From: Patellaria atrata CBS 101060
Taxonomy: Eukaryota
Length of the DNA stretch: 64,000 bases
Assembly: GCA_010093705.1 (NCBI GenBank)
Contig: MU006089.1
Coordinates: 477,570-541,569, forward strand
Reading direction: 5' to 3'
Shown: piece by piece, positions 63,429 through 64,000 of the stretch
How positions within the stretch are numbered: position 1 is the stretch's first letter
How the letters are laid out: every line of letters begins with the position of its first letter
Notes under the pieces: generated by a model
What the model was told of the DNA's origin: nothing
The model's input: the letters and a program-made list of their open reading frames with translations, nothing else
Databases searched by the model: none
Position numbers and translations under genes: made by a program

Positions 63429-64000
63429 ATGGCTCTCATATCAGCCTTCACAATGATTCGGGCCATTGCCCTCTTCCATCTCACCGTTGCATTCTATCTC
63501 CTAAGCTCTCCGAAAACAGTAGCAGACCATAATCTAGTCTTTCTGTTAGGAGCATCAATGCGGCTCGTAAGTGCACCTATATACATAAGCCGCAACCTCT
63601 GACCTTAAATGCAGGAGCATATCTCTGCATTCAACAAACCTTCGCCCGTAACTGCGTTCCTCGCTGTCGTATTCGCTTTCCTTGGTATCTCCGACCTCGC
63701 AGCCGCGTCTTTGGCAGAAGAAATTGCTATTCCGTATTGGAACTCTCAAGCACCCGTGCGGGCGTTTTTCTTATTCGCCTTGACCAGCTATACGTATATG
63801 TATAAGGAAGGTGGGATGTTGGCGAACCAGGGGTTCAGATATAAGCAGAATGTGGGTGACAACTTGAAGAATGGTGTGGTATTTGCGTGGAGTTTCATGG
63901 AGCTGGTGTCGTGGTTCTGGGTAAGTAATGGATGTCTAGTGCATTATGTGCTACTCATATGGTTGATGTTGGCTTTTATATTTGATGCTAACATTTATGT
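63429..64000 (+). CDS. ILM1: Ilm1-family membrane protein (partial, continues beyond window)
   Basis: MALISAFTMIRAIALFHLTVAFYLLSSPK..., an intron, then YWNSQAPVR and LKNGVVFAWSFMELVSWFW followed by a GTAAGT donor. Confidence 0.82.

Noticed and set aside
1..64000. Numerous overlapping antisense or alternate-frame ORFs (e.g. 7201-7752, 12967-13545, 36542-37111, 53319-53909)
   Set aside because: They are shadows of well-supported genes on the other strand or frame and carry no motifs of their own.
1..64000. Secondary-metabolite cluster, CRISPR array or intact transposon
   Set aside because: No PKS, NRPS, terpene synthase, transposase or RT motifs, and no repeat-spacer array. The dipeptidase is not accompanied by ETP-cluster genes.

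Overview
Gene-dense, intron-containing genomic DNA from a filamentous ascomycete (Pezizomycotina). Evidence: short GT..AG introns with CTAAC/CTGAC branch sites, a GH7 cellulase, a Zn2Cys6 factor and a hybrid histidine kinase. About 27 apparently intact genes: alkaline phosphatase (partial), a GT8 glycosyltransferase, cellobiohydrolase I without CBM1, a Pex24/28/29-type peroxin, KIN17/Rts2, Trm9, Npt1, GTP cyclohydrolase I, an LRR protein, Rki1, Sfk1-like, Sdh6, Utp13, a Zn2Cys6 factor, an AAA ATPase, ornithine aminotransferase, a J-protein, Ste24, Rpa14-like, mitochondrial L34, a SERCA-type Ca-ATPase, a hybrid histidine kinase, an M19 dipeptidase, Ilm1 (partial) and three hypotheticals. Three disrupted genes: a second GT8, an SDR and a ubiquitin-specific protease relic. 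There is also an 18-bp degenerate minisatellite and a 100-N assembly gap. No tRNA, rRNA, CRISPR array or intact transposon was recognised. Leading hypotheses: (1) ORF 7878-8699 may be a remote Atg31 homologue; (2) gene 34138-36070 may be a degenerate mitochondrial-carrier (SLC25)-fold protein; (3) Rki1 has an in-frame upstream ATG adding a mitochondrial-presequence-like peptide; (4) sharp C-rich to G-rich skew switches recur across coding and non-coding DNA. All family calls come from motif recognition by eye; no database searches were run.
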